A stretch of DNA of 64,000 bases, taken from contig NC_042998.1 in assembly GCF_006345805.1 (NCBI RefSeq), positions 101,184,001 through 101,248,000 on the forward strand. Reading direction: 5' to 3'. This DNA comes from Octopus sinensis (Eukaryota). The notes below the pieces were generated by a model. The model was not told the DNA's origin. It ran no database searches and worked only from the letters and a program-made list of their open reading frames with translations. Both the position numbers and the translations under genes were made by a program. Positions 1 to 12,732 of the stretch are shown here, piece by piece. How positions within the stretch are numbered: the first letter of the stretch is position 1; every line of letters starts with the position of its first letter.

Positions 1-240
1 ATATATATACATATATAGGTGTGTATGTGTGTGTGAGCGTGTGTCTGTGTGTGTTTGTTATAGCCCTTCCCAAATCGCATAGAACCCACTGCAAACACGC
101 AACGGTGGAATTTTAATGTAATTACTAATAAAAGCCTCAGCATGAACGTTAAAATTGTCGCTCACTGAGCGCATCTATTCCCACTGACACACACAAGCGG
201 GCGCGCACACATGTATGTGTATGTGTATGCCAAGTAAAAG

Positions 241-279
<39 letters not shown>

Positions 280-280
<1 letters not shown>

Positions 281-463
281 TTTACTTGTTCCAGTCGTTA
301 GACTACGAATCGACTCCAGTACTTTTATTTTTAAAGCCTGGCACGTATTTTATCGGTCATTTTTCCGAACCGCTAACTAAGGGAATGTACACAAACCAAC
401 AAGACAGAAGTGGTCGGGGACAAACACAAGCATAAGGCACACACCATCTCTCTCTCACTCACA

Positions 464-536
<73 letters not shown>

Positions 537-539
537 CAT

Positions 540-618
<79 letters not shown>

Positions 619-800
619 ATGTTTGCACATATAAACGGTGGGCTCGTCTCAGTTTACATTTGTTTCAGTGTACAAGACTTTGGTCGTCCCGGTGGTGCAG
701 TAGAAGACACCAAACCTTCTCTGGGTCCTACGTTGTGGGATTGAACCCGGAACTATGTGGCTGGGAAGCAAACATCTTACCAGATAACCACGCCTGCGCC
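280..800 (-). mobile_element. Degenerate SINE of the same family, split by an expanded (TA)n
   Basis: Tail TTTACTTGTTCCAGTC at 280, central segment 340-430, head GGGATTGAACCCGG...ACCACGCCTGC at 738-800. Confidence 0.65.
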
Positions 801-934
801 TCAATCCATCCATCCATCCATACATACATACATACACACACATACGTACATGTATGTATGTATGTATGTATGTATGTATGTATGTATGTATGTATGTATG
901 TATGTATGTATGGATGGATGGATGGATGGATTGA

Positions 935-1633
935 GGCTGTTGTCGTTGTTAATCTTGTTGATACTATTGCAGCCGTCTGTGAAGTTACCGTATGTGTGTT
1001 TGTGTATGTATATGGGTTCGCTTCCTATGTTGTTTGTACCCGTGCCTTTTATAAAGTTTTTTTTCTCTCTCTCTATTACATTAATCGTAGGTATGTGCAT
1101 ATTTGTCTATTGTGGGTGTATTACACTGTTTGTATCTCTTTCCACCTTCTTTACTGTTGTGTGGTGTGGTGGTGGGTGTTGTTCCATTTGTGTTTTCTGT
1201 TAAGTCTCGGTCTGCCTATTGCTATGTGTGTAGCTTCTGTGACCTAAGTGTCATGTCAGTTCTATGTTTAGATAACACCTTAACCTCTATGGTATTATGC
1301 AATCCTTTATATTCTGCTTGAGCATGTTGATAGAGCACTGACAAACCTTTCTACTCTTTGAGCTCTCGTCAATGTTCACATATACGCTCCCCTGTGCTGC
1401 GTGCAGTCTCTCCATTGTATGTAGTTGATATGATACAAACAGTGTAACACACACACAATAGAGAAATATGAACATATCTACGGTAAATATAAGAAATAGA
1501 GATAAAAAAAAAACTGTATAAATGGTACGGATACAAGCAACATAGTAAGCGAACCTATATACACACACACAAATACACAGTAACTTCACAGACGGCCGCA
1601 ATAGTATCAACGACAAAAATAACAACAACTGCC
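935..1633. repeat. Inverted duplication, ~200 bp arms (935-1136 and 1432-1633)
   Basis: TTGATACTATTGCAGCCGTCTGTGAAGTTAC versus GTAACTTCACAGACGGCCGCAATAGTATCAA, and TTACACTGTTTGTATC versus GATACAAACAGTGTAA. Confidence 0.8.
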
Positions 1634-2186
1634 ACGATGGCAGCAGTGTGGGCGAACACACAAACACGGAAATATACAGAAATGATACCAAATGGACTTC
1701 AGGGCAGTAGCGGCGACAATGGGGGATGGGATGGGGATGAGGGGAGGATCATAGTGCTACTAAGAACAATGACACACATATACACACATGTACACACACA
1801 CGCATGTACACATAGAGGGAACAAGCACACAAACACAGACGCAAGCGCATATAAGGATAAACATCATAGCAGGACAGAATGGAATAAGCAGAGCAAGAGC
1901 ACACACGAAGACGGAAAGTGTCACCGAGGAGGTCACAGATGTGTGATGAAAGATTTCCGGACAATGGACGTAAGTTAGAATAAGAACAGTAATAAACAAG
2001 TGAAGAACAAATATATAGTGTGTGTGCTTATTTGGCAAAAGAGATAAAAAATGACCATCCTGAAATACAACAATTTCTGTTTCAACACACGATTTCACAT
2101 CAGGAATCTTGCAACACAGATGCATAAACGTATACACAGCACAGCACACACACACACACACACACACAGACACAGACACAGACACA

Positions 2187-2242
<56 letters not shown>

Positions 2243-2269
2243 AGTGTATATGCACTTTTGTATCTATCC

Positions 2270-2352
<83 letters not shown>

Positions 2353-2419
2353 ACTATCTATCTACTTTTCTTTCTTTCTTTCTTTCTTTCTTAGTTTGTT
2401 TCAGTCATGTTGACCGTTG

Positions 2420-2770
2420 CATTTGGTGGTGTATATTCTAAGTATTTTCTTTCATCGCTACTCATACATCATCGGATTCAAGCTGTTGAGTCTATCGATG
2501 TACATAGGATCTCTAATTGAAGGATCAATGGTTTTCTGGAGGCTACTCTACTTTGGCTACAACTTTTGCAGATTTCTGGTCTGGTATGCTGGAATGAGAT
2601 GCATTTAGATGCTTTTTAGGAGTTTCGGGGACAACGTTAGTAATTTTTTGTAATCCATTCGAGATTTATAGCTAAACTGTTGCAATATTCCTTCCTGTTG
2701 TATTTCGTATTTCGGCTGTGGGTGCTGAGATCTGGACACCTATCTCCTATGGACCTGGTATTTTTCATTC
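2420..2770 (-). mobile_element. Possible very old RT fragment (RTE-X-like)
   Basis: Broken frames give PGP.EI, PKK, AKV, IDPSIR and TQQ in the order expected for RT domains 0-2. Many stops; weak. Confidence 0.3.
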
Positions 2771-2812
2771 AATGCAAAAATGTCCAGCAAAATTTTGAGG
2801 ATCTTCAACACA

Positions 2813-2876
<64 letters not shown>

Positions 2877-5800
2877 CTGTCTATTTCTAACAGAGGCAAC
2901 AATCACCATGCAAGATATTTCATCAACTCAGGAGGGCGAACGTGAAAGTCAGTGTGTGCAGAATTGGAATTCTGAATGTTAGAAAATATAATTAAACACA
3001 GATACACATCCTAATAAATTGAATAATGGTTATATTAAATATTTTAATTGGAGAGAGAAAAATCGATCTTCCCTCTCTGTTTAAAACGGTAGGGTATGAT
3101 TTAAAAGTGTTCTGGATGTTTTTTTCCGGCAAACCAAACGATCACATTGCTGTATCTTCATTTTCTATATTTACTTATTGTTACAGAAGTTGGTGGACGG
3201 TACCAGTTGTGTACTGAGGTCGATGTAATCGACTAGTCCCCTCACCCCAAATTTGAGGCCTTGTGCCGCCAGTAGAAAGGATTATTATTAATTCACATTA
3301 GTTTTTATAAGTTCATTGGAGTTTTATAAGCTGTTTCTTTTCTCGTATTGTACTTGTAATAATCTTGCGAATAATGGCGTTCTAGTATGATTGCGAAGTT
3401 GTACTCAGAACGTAAGGAGTCGGAACAGATACTGCAGGAAAACATTCAATGTGATACTCTAACATTGATAGACTGCTTTGTTCAATCCACTGCTTTGAAC
3501 TGGCATTCTGTTTATCGGTTCCGAAATGATGAAAGGCAAAGTTGTCCACGGTGAGATTACTATTATTATTTATCTTTTCAAAATGTTTCCCATTTTCACG
3601 TTTTTAACAACATTGACTGTGAAACAAAATCCATGACAAGCTCCAGTTTTACACTTAATTTAGGAAATAAATGAGTGCATATTATTTTCAGGGCCTCTGT
3701 CGGTCAAGCTTGATCATGCCTCTCTTCATACATGAGCAGATTTGGGTCAGATTTTTGAGAAAGAATAGAAGTTGATACTAATTCAAAGTTTCCCGTCTCT
3801 ACGAGACCGATGTTTATGCAAGGGAAAAGCCGCCGACTTGGGCTGATGCAGCTTGGCACCAGAGTTTTCACTGACGTTGCTCTTAGAACGTGAAGACGGA
3901 GAAGATACCGCAAGACATCTTTCCCTGACCTTTAACAATTCCACTAATCCATCACCTTAAATTTGCTACTTTTCTTTTGGTTGAACTCGAAAGGAAGAAA
4001 GGAAAAATTTACCTCAGCAGGATTTGAAATCATAGCGAAGAGAATTGGAAAAAATATTTCGAAGCATTCTAATACTTTTACTCTGCCAATTGACAGTTTG
4101 AAGGACAGAACCAAGATCTTTAACTTAATAACAAATAATAAAATAGCATGAACATCTATAAATTTATACACTAAAATAGAAATAAAAAGATTTATACACG
4201 AGTCCCGCTAGTTACTTAATTCCGTCGTTTATGACTTATTTATCACTTATTCGTTATTTATTATTTATTTATATATAAGACGTATCAAAACAAAAGATTT
4301 TGTATTTGTTTTATAAGATCCTTGATGTAAAATCTTGTATTGAAACGAATATTGCTGCATCTTTGGAGGGTCATTTTACCAATAAAATCACACACATTGA
4401 TTCTATTTGACTTAGTTCACTAATTAACAAATGATAGTTTGACTGTCTGATTGATTATTTGATGATGATAGTGATGATGATGCTAATGATCTTTTACTAG
4501 TTTCAGTCATTGGACTGCAGCCATGATGGGACACCGCTTAAAAGGGCTTAGTAAATGAACCAATGCATGTGTTTTATTAGTAAAATAACCTTCCCAAACA
4601 TACAAAGGCATCTCAACAAGCGTATATCCCCAAAATTAAGTCATCAGTTGCCAAAGTTATTTTGACTGGCTGAAAAAACAACAACAACAACAAAATAAGC
4701 AAACAAATAAAATACTGTGTAAATACAAAACAATGATCCATCGATTCCTGCTTTTCTTTATAGCTGTATGAGAAAATAGCGGCTATTTATGGAGATAAAT
4801 GGATAAAGTCTATTGTGTATTGGTTACTATATTATATAGTAACCAATTCATGAATGATTAGGTTTATATGAAAGAAAAGATTTGATGTGCACAACTATAT
4901 CATTTGTTAATGTAGATTTAATAAAGCTGTCCTTGTATATTTACAATCGTCATATTATGCATGAACGCACTCATACGTTCTCATCGACTCACACAATTAT
5001 GCAGATACGTAGTCATACCAATGAATGCATTTGTGAATGTGAATATGGAAACTGAAGAAAGAGAAATGGTGTTTGTGTATGTGTGTGTGTTTGTGTGTGA
5101 GAGATAGCGATAGATAGATAGATAGAGAGAGAAAGGTGGGGACAGTAAAGGCAGAAAGATCAGAATTATATATATATATTAGTTTGAAACTAGTTACTCG
5201 CTTGTATGCATTCGACAAGGTAACAAAAAGAAGAATGAATTAACTGGTGCTGAAGAATACGATCAGATTACCATTTATCTTATTTTTCTTTGGTCACCTT
5301 TCGGTAAGATGTTATTATTGAGAATGATAGCGTAAAGCATATAGAAACCTATACTCTTAGTGTGTTTGGAATATGAAATAGGTTTCTGGAAGAATGTGAT
5401 TTGAGGGTTAATGTAAATAAATGAGATACACATAAAAGTCTTCTGTGAACTCAAAGTTTTCTTTTACTTTCCTTAGAGGAAAATAAGAAAATCCTAGCTG
5501 TTATTTCTAGGAAATCTCAAAGACAAGGGGAGATAATTTCAAGTAATACCCATTTTCACGAAATCAATTTCCAAGTTTAGGGGAAATTTTGATGTTTCTT
5601 AGCAGGCAAAGAGAGAGTTCCAGATGTATTCGAGTCTAGTTGGCCTTCCTCAGTAAGTGCACTGAAGCTCGATCGATCGACAAAACCATTTATATATAGA
5701 AGAGTCACAAAGGGTTTTATTAAGTGGAAATTTGTATAATTAAAATATAAAATAAACTAAATCTTCTTATTTAAGTGAGCCAATGACATTACAAACAGCC

Positions 5801-5942
5801 GCTAGCTGTGAATATGGCTTGGTTACATGCACCATGCTTTCAAAATTTGTTTTGGGGGCTTATGTAGAACAGGAGCAGTCATAGACACTCACTCAACCTT
5901 CTCATCTTTGACTCAGCAGGACATCCAGAATTTTGTAACTGA

Positions 5943-5980
<38 letters not shown>

Positions 5981-6151
5981 AAGAGAGAGAAAGAGAAAGA
6001 GGCTGCTTCAGGGTAGTACAAATTTATATCTGAGTAAACTGGGACAACGTGAAATGAAATATCTTGCTAAATGTCTTATTGCAATGTCTAGAAACTGAAC
6101 CAGATAATAAGATAATGAGGAGGGCACTCTAACCAGTAACCTCTCTCAACA

Positions 6152-7338
6152 ACACTGAGTTATTGCGATAGTTTATCTTGCAATGCATAACTAACGTTTT
6201 GTCTCTTCTCATTAAAGAGTTTCAATTATTTACGGCTGATAGCGAGACAATGCTTTTATCAATGACAGGAGATTCTTTAGCTATATTAGTCGCTACACTC
6301 AAGCTGAAAATGGATGGATATCAAAGCAGGTAATTTCCCCCGAGCCAATGACATGAATTTAGATAAAGGTTGATAAATGTATGACGTGTGCAAAAATATT
6401 CTCAATTAATTGAGATTTTTCACTCAGGGAAAAGAAACGAAAATCTAACGGCTCCTGTGAGTGACTCTCAAAAGAAATTGGAGAAGTAATTTCAAGAAAT
6501 TAAGAATTAATTTCATAAAACTTATTTAGATGCTTAGGAGAAAATCTTATCTATATTAAACGGGACATGTTTCTGCAGTAAAGCGAAATCAAAGTTGAGT
6601 CTGTTTGATCAATCGACAAAGGTTTTTACAAGATGTTGCGGATGGATACCGTATGATGGAATAATTACAACAATGTCTACATGAGTTATACATGGCTGAT
6701 TGTTTCAAGTATGCAAAACTTATGTGGACATAGAATGTTTCAATTGATACTTGTTCTCGAGCATGCATTTTGACAGCACATGTTGTTTTCATTTAACAGT
6801 TTAAGAGGTACCGAAATATCATAATTTTCAGCTGGGCGTGAGTCACATCGCCTGGATTTATTAAAGTAAGATGTGTGAACTGAAATATGGTCAAAGTTAT
6901 GAGGACATTGTCAATTTGATTCTCCTTCCTTTTTAGGATATAGTCAGATAGAATGGTTGAATTTAATTTATTTTTGAATCTGAATTAGTGTATACGTCGA
7001 GTGTGCCGGCCTTACTTAGCTTTAAGCAGCTCATTTCGATCCCATATGTTGATGGCATTTCAGAGGTATCTGCTATTGAGTAGTCAGAACTTAGTGATAC
7101 TGAAATTGCATGGTGCTTTGGTGGTTAGTCTGGTTTACTCCGAATACCCTTTTGCACTGAGTTATTGTGATATTTTATCTTGCAATGCATAACTAACGTT
7201 TTGTCTCTTCTCATTAAAGAGCTTGAATTATTTATGGCTGATTGGGAGACAATGATTTTATCAATGACAGGAGATTCTATAGCTATATTAGTCGCTACAC
7301 TCAAGCTGAAAATGGATGGGCATCAAAGCAAGTAATTT
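6152..7338 (+). repeat. Direct duplication of a ~185 bp exon-like block (6152-6336 and 7155-7338)
   Basis: Long identical runs such as CTTGCAATGCATAACTAACGTTTTGTCTCTTCTCATTAAAGAG and AGCTATATTAGTCGCTACACTCAAGCTGAAAATGGATGG. Confidence 0.85.
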
Positions 7339-7669
7339 TACTCTTCTTTGAAACTGTTCCATACAAACACATCACACTACTCTCTACAAACTTGTACCAG
7401 TTCAAATATGTTTGAGACATAATTGAACCCGTGAGAAAGTAATTTACTGTATATAATACTCCCAATATACAAAGTACACATACTAAAAAACACATATGTA
7501 CATATGCCTATATAAATATTTCTCAGGCGAGGATAGTTAATGTATAAAGCCTCTACGTGATCGGTTTCACTGTGATTATATCGGAAAATGCAGGCTTATG
7601 ACGCACACAAAATACAAATCAGAACAAAGGGACTAAAATCAAAGCCAAATTGAAAATGACTGGAATAAC

Positions 7670-7670
7670 A

Positions 7671-7752
<82 letters not shown>
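7670..7752. repeat. (CTA)n microsatellite
   Basis: Read directly from sequence. Confidence 0.95.
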
Positions 7753-8094
7753 GTTTCCGTGACTCCACATTATAAACCGAATCACTAATAAGACATTAAA
7801 ACTAAATGAAAATCATTATCAGTAAAATATCAGATGACACTATAATCTTCAGTATCGTATTATATTGTATCCTATCTCTGTAATCACAATATCAACTACG
7901 TCATAATTTTAGCGAGGCCTATTTTATGAAACCATTCCTCATCATTCACCAACCAACATATTCAATTAACATAAAGTTTAAGAAAAAACAAAAATCATTA
8001 GGCCTTAGTGCTTTTGTGATCTTTTATTCCTTTATATATCTTTTATCTTTTACTTGTTCTAGTCATTAGACTACAGCCATGTTAGGGAACCGCC

Positions 8095-8113
8095 TTATAT
8101 ATATAATATATAT

Positions 8114-8149
<36 letters not shown>

Positions 8150-8306
8150 ATATATACATATATATACATATATATATATATATAATATATATCTATATAT
8201 ATATTATATACATAATATATATATTAATATATATATATATTCTATATATATACATATATATATCCCATTATATACATATATATTATATATATACATATTT
8301 ATATAC

Positions 8307-8354
<48 letters not shown>

Positions 8355-8400
8355 GTATGTGTATATATGTGTATGTATATACGTATATATATAATATATA

Positions 8401-8465
<65 letters not shown>
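8095..8465. repeat. Degenerate (TA)n microsatellite, representative of many (e.g. 468-620, 15005-15500, 36860-37260, 37740-37960, 57960-58480, 58650-59040, 59310-59470)
   Basis: Read directly from sequence; the source of many spurious YI-repeat ORFs. Confidence 0.95.
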
Positions 8466-8466
<1 letters not shown>

Positions 8467-9551
8467 CATTTATAACTTTGATAGGTTTCGGCCAGTAGGC
8501 CCAGGCCATGTCTTACTTAATAGCATCACCTGGTGAAGTATTTTAGTCATATATAGGGCATGATGGCCCACTATAGCAAAGAGTGAATTTCATGAGATCC
8601 GTTTCCGTTTTGACGTATTTTAACGTATTTTGGTATGGTATTAAAGAGAACTGAACCGGTTGCGGTAAAGTAGTTGTGGCGTAATGTTGTTATGCGTCCT
8701 GAGTTCGACTTTTGTAGTGGGCGAATAGCATGGGGACCAAGTTTTGGGTGGATTTTAAAACTGATGTCAACATCATTTGTGCAATATTGATGGAATATTT
8801 TTCACATCACAGAAATGATGTAGCTCTCTCGGAGGCGTTGGAGAGAGAGTAGAGATTGAGTTTTTTTTTGTCAACTTCAATTGTCAATGTCTGTCATGCA
8901 GTCTATCTTTTATGTTATTGACCTGTGGAGTGCTTCCACTTTCATAATGAGTTGTTCGCGTGAGGAGACCACAGTGAGCAACAGTATTCCAAGTGGGGTC
9001 GGGGGGAATTGATTTCCTTAAAATAATAGATATGTATATAGAAACCTGTAGTTTATATTCATATAAAAGAAGAAAATGTAGATTGTGAAGTTAATAAGAG
9101 TTTATTATTAACAACAAATCGAATACCATCCCTTACAGCTGTTTTAATTATACACAGTGAATTAATTAAATATCAAATTCATATTTCTGAGCATAATATC
9201 TTCAGAGGGAACAAAAATATACCAATAAATGTTTATATGTTTGTATATGGATTCATTATTGCGGACTGAATTATACTATTTATGATTTGTATTTTTATGT
9301 GTACAGGTGAGGGGTTCACAGGCTAGTTGGAAGTAAGATGGAGTACGGAAATAGAATTATAGTTATAGATGGATGAATTGAATAGAGATATAAGAGGGAA
9401 TATTAATATAAATAAGATATGGATGTAAAGTACAGTTATAAGTTGTAATTAAAGTTAAGAAAATCTGTATGTAAACAAGGCATACTCACGTATATACACA
9501 CATACATTCATCCGTACATCCATATGTATATATGTATATATATATATATAA

Positions 9552-9582
<31 letters not shown>

Positions 9583-9780
9583 GGGTACAGGACGTCACCA
9601 ACGGAGCAAATAACATGAAATACGTAAACAACGAGAAAAATGGAAAAACAGAAGTAAACACAGAGAAAGGACTCTTCATCAGTTATCGGCTGTCTATCTA
9701 TTCCTCATTTCGAGCATTCAAGACAATATGAGTCTTCAAAGACAGTTGCTCCCATAAATTCTAAAATAAAAATTTTTTGA
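9583..9780 (-). mobile_element. One-ended copy of the same family
   Basis: Minus strand CTCATATTGTC..GCTCGAAATG..CCGATAACTGATGAAGAGTCC...GTGACGTCCTGTACCC aligns with ~59105-59304. Confidence 0.6.
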
Positions 9781-10825
9781 AAAGAGAAAAGATAGAAGAG
9801 AGAGAGAGAGGGAGAGAGGGAGAGAGAGAGGGAGAGAGGGAGAGAGGGAGAAAGAGAGAGAAACACATCCGTTCTTTTAAATGCCCATACAGGTAAAGAA
9901 AAATGGTCACATGAAGGAAAGAAAGATGGTCGATGCTCACGTGTGATCAACGAGAAAGAGAGAAAGAAAAATAGATGGAGGGGGAGAGACATATAGAAAA
10001 CGGTAAATGAGGGGGGGGGAAGGGATTAGAGAAGGATGGAGGAAGAAAAATTACAGTGTAGAGAGTCGCATTAAAAAGGTGAAGATAAACTTACTACGAA
10101 ATAGATGTGCCGCGTTCAATTAAATAATCTATTATAATAATGGGCTTGTTCGTAAGTTTGTCTAAAATCAGGCAATAAGAGAGTAACAAAACTACTAAGA
10201 GTAAAAGAAAGAGAAGAGACAAAATGGTAATAACAATGAAAGAGGGAGTGGTATCAAACAGCGCCTCTCGCTCACTCTCTCAACAAAAACCTTTTCACTT
10301 TATTGATGAACACTGCCTCTCTCTCTTTCTCTCACTTTCTCTATCTATCTACAGACGCGCACACACACCCTCTCTCACTCTCTCTTTCTCTTCCTCTCTC
10401 TCAACAACAACATTTTCATTTTTATTCTATGAACGCTGATTTTTTCTCTGGTAAACACTAATAGCAATTATAAGATAAGTAAATAAGATTTTTGCACCGC
10501 AAATTATTTTTTCTGAATCTCTATTGATGTTTGACTGTTCTGGAATATTTTTCTGCTTAAAAAGTTGCAAAGTTAATAGAATAGTAAAATATAAGTAAAT
10601 AAGTAGTAATTTTTAAGTCATAAGATTAAAATATTGTCTATTCAAAGAGAGCTTGATAATATAGTCTGTTTAAAGAAAGCTAAATACAAAAGGAAGGTAA
10701 TTAATAATATATACAAATACCTGTCGATACAGTGATGTTAACAAATATTTATGAAAGAAGAATTTTGTCAAAGCGGTGAAGTTTGTCTTCAAGATCTTTT
10801 TTCCGTTTCATGCGGTAAAGAAGAA

Positions 10826-10860
<35 letters not shown>

Positions 10861-11169
10861 GAGAGAGGGGTGGGAGAGAGGGAACGCGTAGACATTGGTG
10901 GAAAAAATAAGTCGCTGTTGGTATGCCGTTAATATAATCCTGTGTAATTTTGGACTTTGTATGGTTAAGTATAAAAATATAAACAAACTGACGTACACAC
11001 ACAAACACACACAAATATATTCATTAGTTTTGAAGTTTGCGTTCCGTTCTATTCAATTTAATCATCCATCTGCTCTGGAGAATGAATCAGACAGAACGCA
11101 GTGGTTAGCCAGAGAGCGACAAAGGCGAAGAGCAGCCAGTCTCACTCAGGAAGAACTGGACGCAAGAAG

Positions 11170-12050
11170 ATTAAACAATAATGCAAAAAACAAGACAAAT
11201 CGCTAAAGAGACTACTGACAAATGCGAAGCTTTACAAAATAACCACGAAACCAACTGTTGAAAAATGCGGACGCCCAAACTGTGGAACCTGCCCCAACCT
11301 GCTTGAAGGCTCGGATTTCCTTTTCAAACAAGGACAGAGGTTCACAATTAAAACTAGTTTCACTTGTGTCTCTGAGAACCTAATTTATGTAATAACCTGG
11401 TCGGGTTGCGGACACCACTATATTGGACAAACGAGTATGAACTTGAGAAAGAGAACCACTCTACATAAAGAGCAAATCCGTTTCCCGCAATACAGACACA
11501 TTCCTCTCAGTGAACATATAGAAAAATGTGCAGGTAACATCAAACCACATTTCACAGTCTTCCCTTTCTATCAGTGCAAAGACGCAATCTCTCAACTAGA
11601 ACGTTTAAATAAAGAAACTTTTTTCATAGAAAAATACAAAACACGTCTTAATATGCACGCATAACCAACTTTTATCCTTTTACATATTTCAATTCACGAT
11701 TACATTACTGTACATAAATCCCCTCCTAAACAAGGTTTTTGAAACTTGTCTCTGTCTGTACACATAATACCCACCCATTACCGAAAGCTGAACAGTTATC
11801 TCCCTTACTCACAACAATAACAATAATAGCGACAACCAAATACCTCCCTTTATATATCTACTTGTGAAGTCATTCACTCGTGAATTTCATCACACACAAC
11901 ATGGACAAAATTTCTTCTTAAGAAAAAATATATATTCAATTAAGTAAAACATAATATTATGAATAGCGATAGCGAAACCGGTCGATATATTAAAAATTAT
12001 ATTAAAGCTATGTAAGTGTGCGTATTTTCCTTTTTTAATTTCTTATATAT
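11170..12050 (+). mobile_element. Penelope-like element 3' remnant: GIY-YIG endonuclease plus pseudo-LTR tail
   Basis: Frame 11182-11664 reads KSLKRLLTNAKL...CGRPNCGTC...FTCVSENLIYVITWSGCGHHYIGQTSMNLRKR...H...HIEKC...RLNKETFFIEKYKTRLN*, with IY/YIG, the conserved Arg and the Glu of GIY-YIG. GAAACCGGTC (half hammerhead core) lies downstream at 11974-11983. Confidence 0.85.
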
Positions 12051-12099
12051 ATATATATATATTTATGTGTGTGTCTTTATGTCTGTGTTTGTCTCCTAC

Positions 12100-12292
12100 C
12101 ATCACTTAACGACCGGTGCCGGTGTGTTTGTGTCCCTGTAACTTGGTGCTTCGGCAAAAGAGACCGATAGAATAAGTACCAGGCTTAAAAAATTAGTACT
12201 GAATTCGATTGATTCGACTAAAAAATTTGAACGGTGTCCCAGCATAGCAGCAATCTAATAACTGAAACAAGTAAAAGAATAAAAGAATAATG
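12100..12292 (+). mobile_element. 3' half of a SINE of the same family
   Basis: GAATAAGTACCAGG central segment and CCCAGCATAGCAGCAATCTAATAACTGAAACAAGTAAAAGA tail. Confidence 0.75.
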
Positions 12293-12309
12293 ACAGAATT
12301 CTTCTCTTC

Positions 12310-12732
12310 CTTTATTCTCTTACTTGTTTCAGTCACTAGATTGCAGCCATGCTGAGGGATCACTTTGAAGAAGTTTTAGTTGAACAGATCGACCCCCAGT
12401 ACTTATGTTTTTAACGCCTATCGGTGTGTCTTGCTGGACCGCTAAATTACGAGGATGTAACAAACGTACACCGGTTGTCAAGCTGTGGTGGCGGACAAAC
12501 AGACACACACAAACACACGCACGCACACACAGACACACACACACTCACCACATACACATTTACATACATATATTCTTTCAGATTCCACCTATCAAATCCA
12601 CCCACAAGACTATGGTCAGTCTGAGGCTATAATAAAAGACACTCGCACAAGATGCCACGCATTGGGACTGAACCCAGTACTGTGTTATTAGGAAACGAGG
12701 GAGCTTCTTGCCACACAGCCATGCCTACGCCT
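12310..12732 (-). mobile_element. SINE of the same family as 51951-52308
   Basis: Collinear head, central segment and tail. Confidence 0.8.

Noticed and set aside
3692-4171. Possible exon(s) after TTATTTTCAG at 3691, or on the minus strand
   Set aside because: All three + frames stop soon after the acceptor, and the minus-strand peptides are unrecognisable.
8495-8530. GGCCGAAACC (minus) and similar AAACAGCTGT motifs at ~9137 and ~22010 as hammerheads
   Set aside because: No CUGANGA box and no stem I; at most decayed Penelope ends.
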